DNA from: Elusimicrobiota bacterium
GTDB taxonomy: Bacteria > Elusimicrobiota > UBA8919
Length of the DNA: 24,000 nt
Direction: 5' to 3'
Assembly: GCA_016928195.1 (NCBI GenBank)
Contig: JAFGLF010000086.1
Location: 1-24,000 of the forward strand
Program-made: the position numbers and the translations under genes
The notes under the pieces: generated by a model
The model's input: only the letters and a program-made list of their open reading frames with translations
Database searches by the model: none
Told to the model about the DNA's origin: nothing
Shown here: in pieces, positions 22,969 through 24,000 of the stretch
Layout: each line of letters opens with the position of its first letter
Position numbering within the stretch: the stretch's first letter is position 1

Positions 22969-23706
22969 CTATTCAAGTTCGAACTCTACCGAGACCATTG
23001 CATTTACAACAATCTGGCCGATTGCAATATTGTTTCCGATTTCCGGGATATATCCACCGGCATCCATATAAGAGTTTGACATTCCGCGGTTCCAATATTG
23101 GGAACCCCATCCTCTGCTGTAAGACTGCCCTGTTGACGGAAATTCCTGAATCTTATTAGGCTTGCCGACCTTTAGCCCGAATTCCCTGGCTAAGTCAGCT
23201 GCTTTTTCTTTGGCTGATTTAACCGCAAGGGCGCGTGCCTGGTCTTTATATTTTCTGAGTTCCGTAGTACGGAATTGTATGCCGTGAACATAATTTGCCC
23301 CATTTTTAAGTATATTGCTGAACAAATCTTCGAATAGGGAAATATCTTTAAGTGTAATAACAACTGTCTTGCGTACCTGATAATTGACAAACTTTTGGTT
23401 TTTGTATATAGGATTAATGCTGATATGGTCGGTCTGCACATCTTTTTCTTTAATTTTATATTTTTTTGTTACTGCTAGAATATTTGATATGCTGCGGTCA
23501 TTTTCGCTTTTTGCCGTATCAAGATTTTCATTCTTTGTTTCTACACCAATAGTAAGAATAACCTCATCAGGAACAACGCTGATTTCCGCATCGCCCGTAA
23601 CTGTAATAATGCGGGGCTCCGTTTTATCCGTAGCCCAAACGGGAAACGAAAAGACTCCGCTAAAAACGAAAAAACAGACAATACATTTTCTTACAGATTT
23701 AACCAT
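22969..23706 (-). CDS. SIMPL/DUF541 (YggE-like) periplasmic protein
   Basis: Track ORF of 245 aa. Signal peptide, then ITVTGDAEISVVPD, and a C-terminal GQIVVNAMVSVEFEL pattern typical of the SIMPL family as I recall it. Confidence 0.7.
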   Translation of the reverse strand: MVKSVRKCIVCFFVFSGVFSFPVWATDKTEPRIITVTGDAEISVVPDEVILTIGVETKNENLDTAKSENDRSISNILAVTKKYKIKEKDVQTDHISINPIYKNQKFVNYQVRKTVVITLKDISLFEDLFSNILKNGANYVHGIQFRTTELRKYKDQARALAVKSAKEKAADLAREFGLKVGKPNKIQEFPSTGQSYSRGWGSQYWNRGMSNSYMDAGGYIPEIGNNIAIGQIVVNAMVSVEFELE

Positions 23707-23725
23707 AATTAATCCCCCGGGGATA

Positions 23726-24000
23726 CTATTCTTTCTTTATAAATTTATATTTTTTTTCACCAGGCTGGATAAGCCCTAATTTTATTCTTGCCTCACGTTC
23801 GATATACGCAGGATCATGTTCAAGCCGGTAGAGACGTTTCCGCAATTTTCTGTTTTCTTCTTCAATTGATGCAAGTTTTTTCCTTAATTTTGAAAGTTCT
23901 ATTTTTTGTCTGACAGTATTGCGCATCCCCTCGTTGCCGAACAGGATCAGAATTAGAATGATTATCCCAATCCAGAGAAATAACTTTTTTTTATTTACCA
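23726..24000 (-). CDS. ftsB: septum formation initiator (FtsB/DivIC-like), 5' end outside the window
   Basis: The track ORF begins at the Met at 23926, but the frame stays open to the window edge. The upstream part encodes a TM helix (KKKLFLWIGIIILILILFG), followed by a coiled coil (LSKLRKKLASIEEENRKLRKRL) and DPAYIEREAR. Confidence 0.65.
   Translation of the reverse strand, partial: VNKKKLFLWIGIIILILILFGNEGMRNTVRQKIELSKLRKKLASIEEENRKLRKRLYRLEHDPAYIEREARIKLGLIQPGEKKYKFIKKE

Overview
AT-rich bacterial chromosomal segment. I call 27 protein-coding genes, all on the minus strand, and almost all are core housekeeping. In order of transcription (high to low coordinates) they are: ftsB-like (partial), a SIMPL/YggE-like protein, rpsF-ssb-rpsR, a yybS-like membrane protein, rplI-dnaB-alr, mlaE-mlaF-mlaD, radA, a yacL-like PIN/TRAM protein, ispD, a four-helix-bundle (23S rRNA IVS / Avd-like) protein, ispF-cysS-rlmB, flbD-motA-motB, ppdK, then an envelope cluster (TPR-like lipoprotein, lipoprotein, membrane-anchored TPR protein, and a vWA protein that runs off the left edge). 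The vWA gene is missing from the supplied ORF track; I found it by translating the minus strand myself. Mla genes plus lipoproteins suggest a diderm, and flbD-motAB a flagellate. I cannot place the organism taxonomically. No defence island, CRISPR array, transposase, tRNA or rRNA is visible. The unusual content is non-coding. All 14 intercistronic spacers longer than 60 nt contain a structured repeat, and 12 of them (plus the short spacers flanking the four-helix-bundle gene) follow one clear plan. That plan is about four short direct words at a 9-11 nt period, a loop, then about four copies of the reverse-complement word. The word differs from locus to locus (GATTACACAGATT, CGCGAAT, CACGAAT, CGCAGA, GTAAAAT, CATAGAAA, ACAGAT, AAAGATT) and the opposite arm changes to match, so structure is conserved rather than sequence. 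The other two spacers are partial cases: the flbD 5' UTR has only one arm, and the yacL/ispD spacer has a GC-rich two-plus-two version. Two small ORFs (the four-helix-bundle gene and flbD) sit between complementary arms. Several genes read their last codons out of an arm. I do not recognise this as a named repeat family. Its function (RNA processing or stability punctuation, or a MITE-like element) is inference only. Two near-consensus sigma-70-type promoters and a structured rpsF 5' UTR are also visible.
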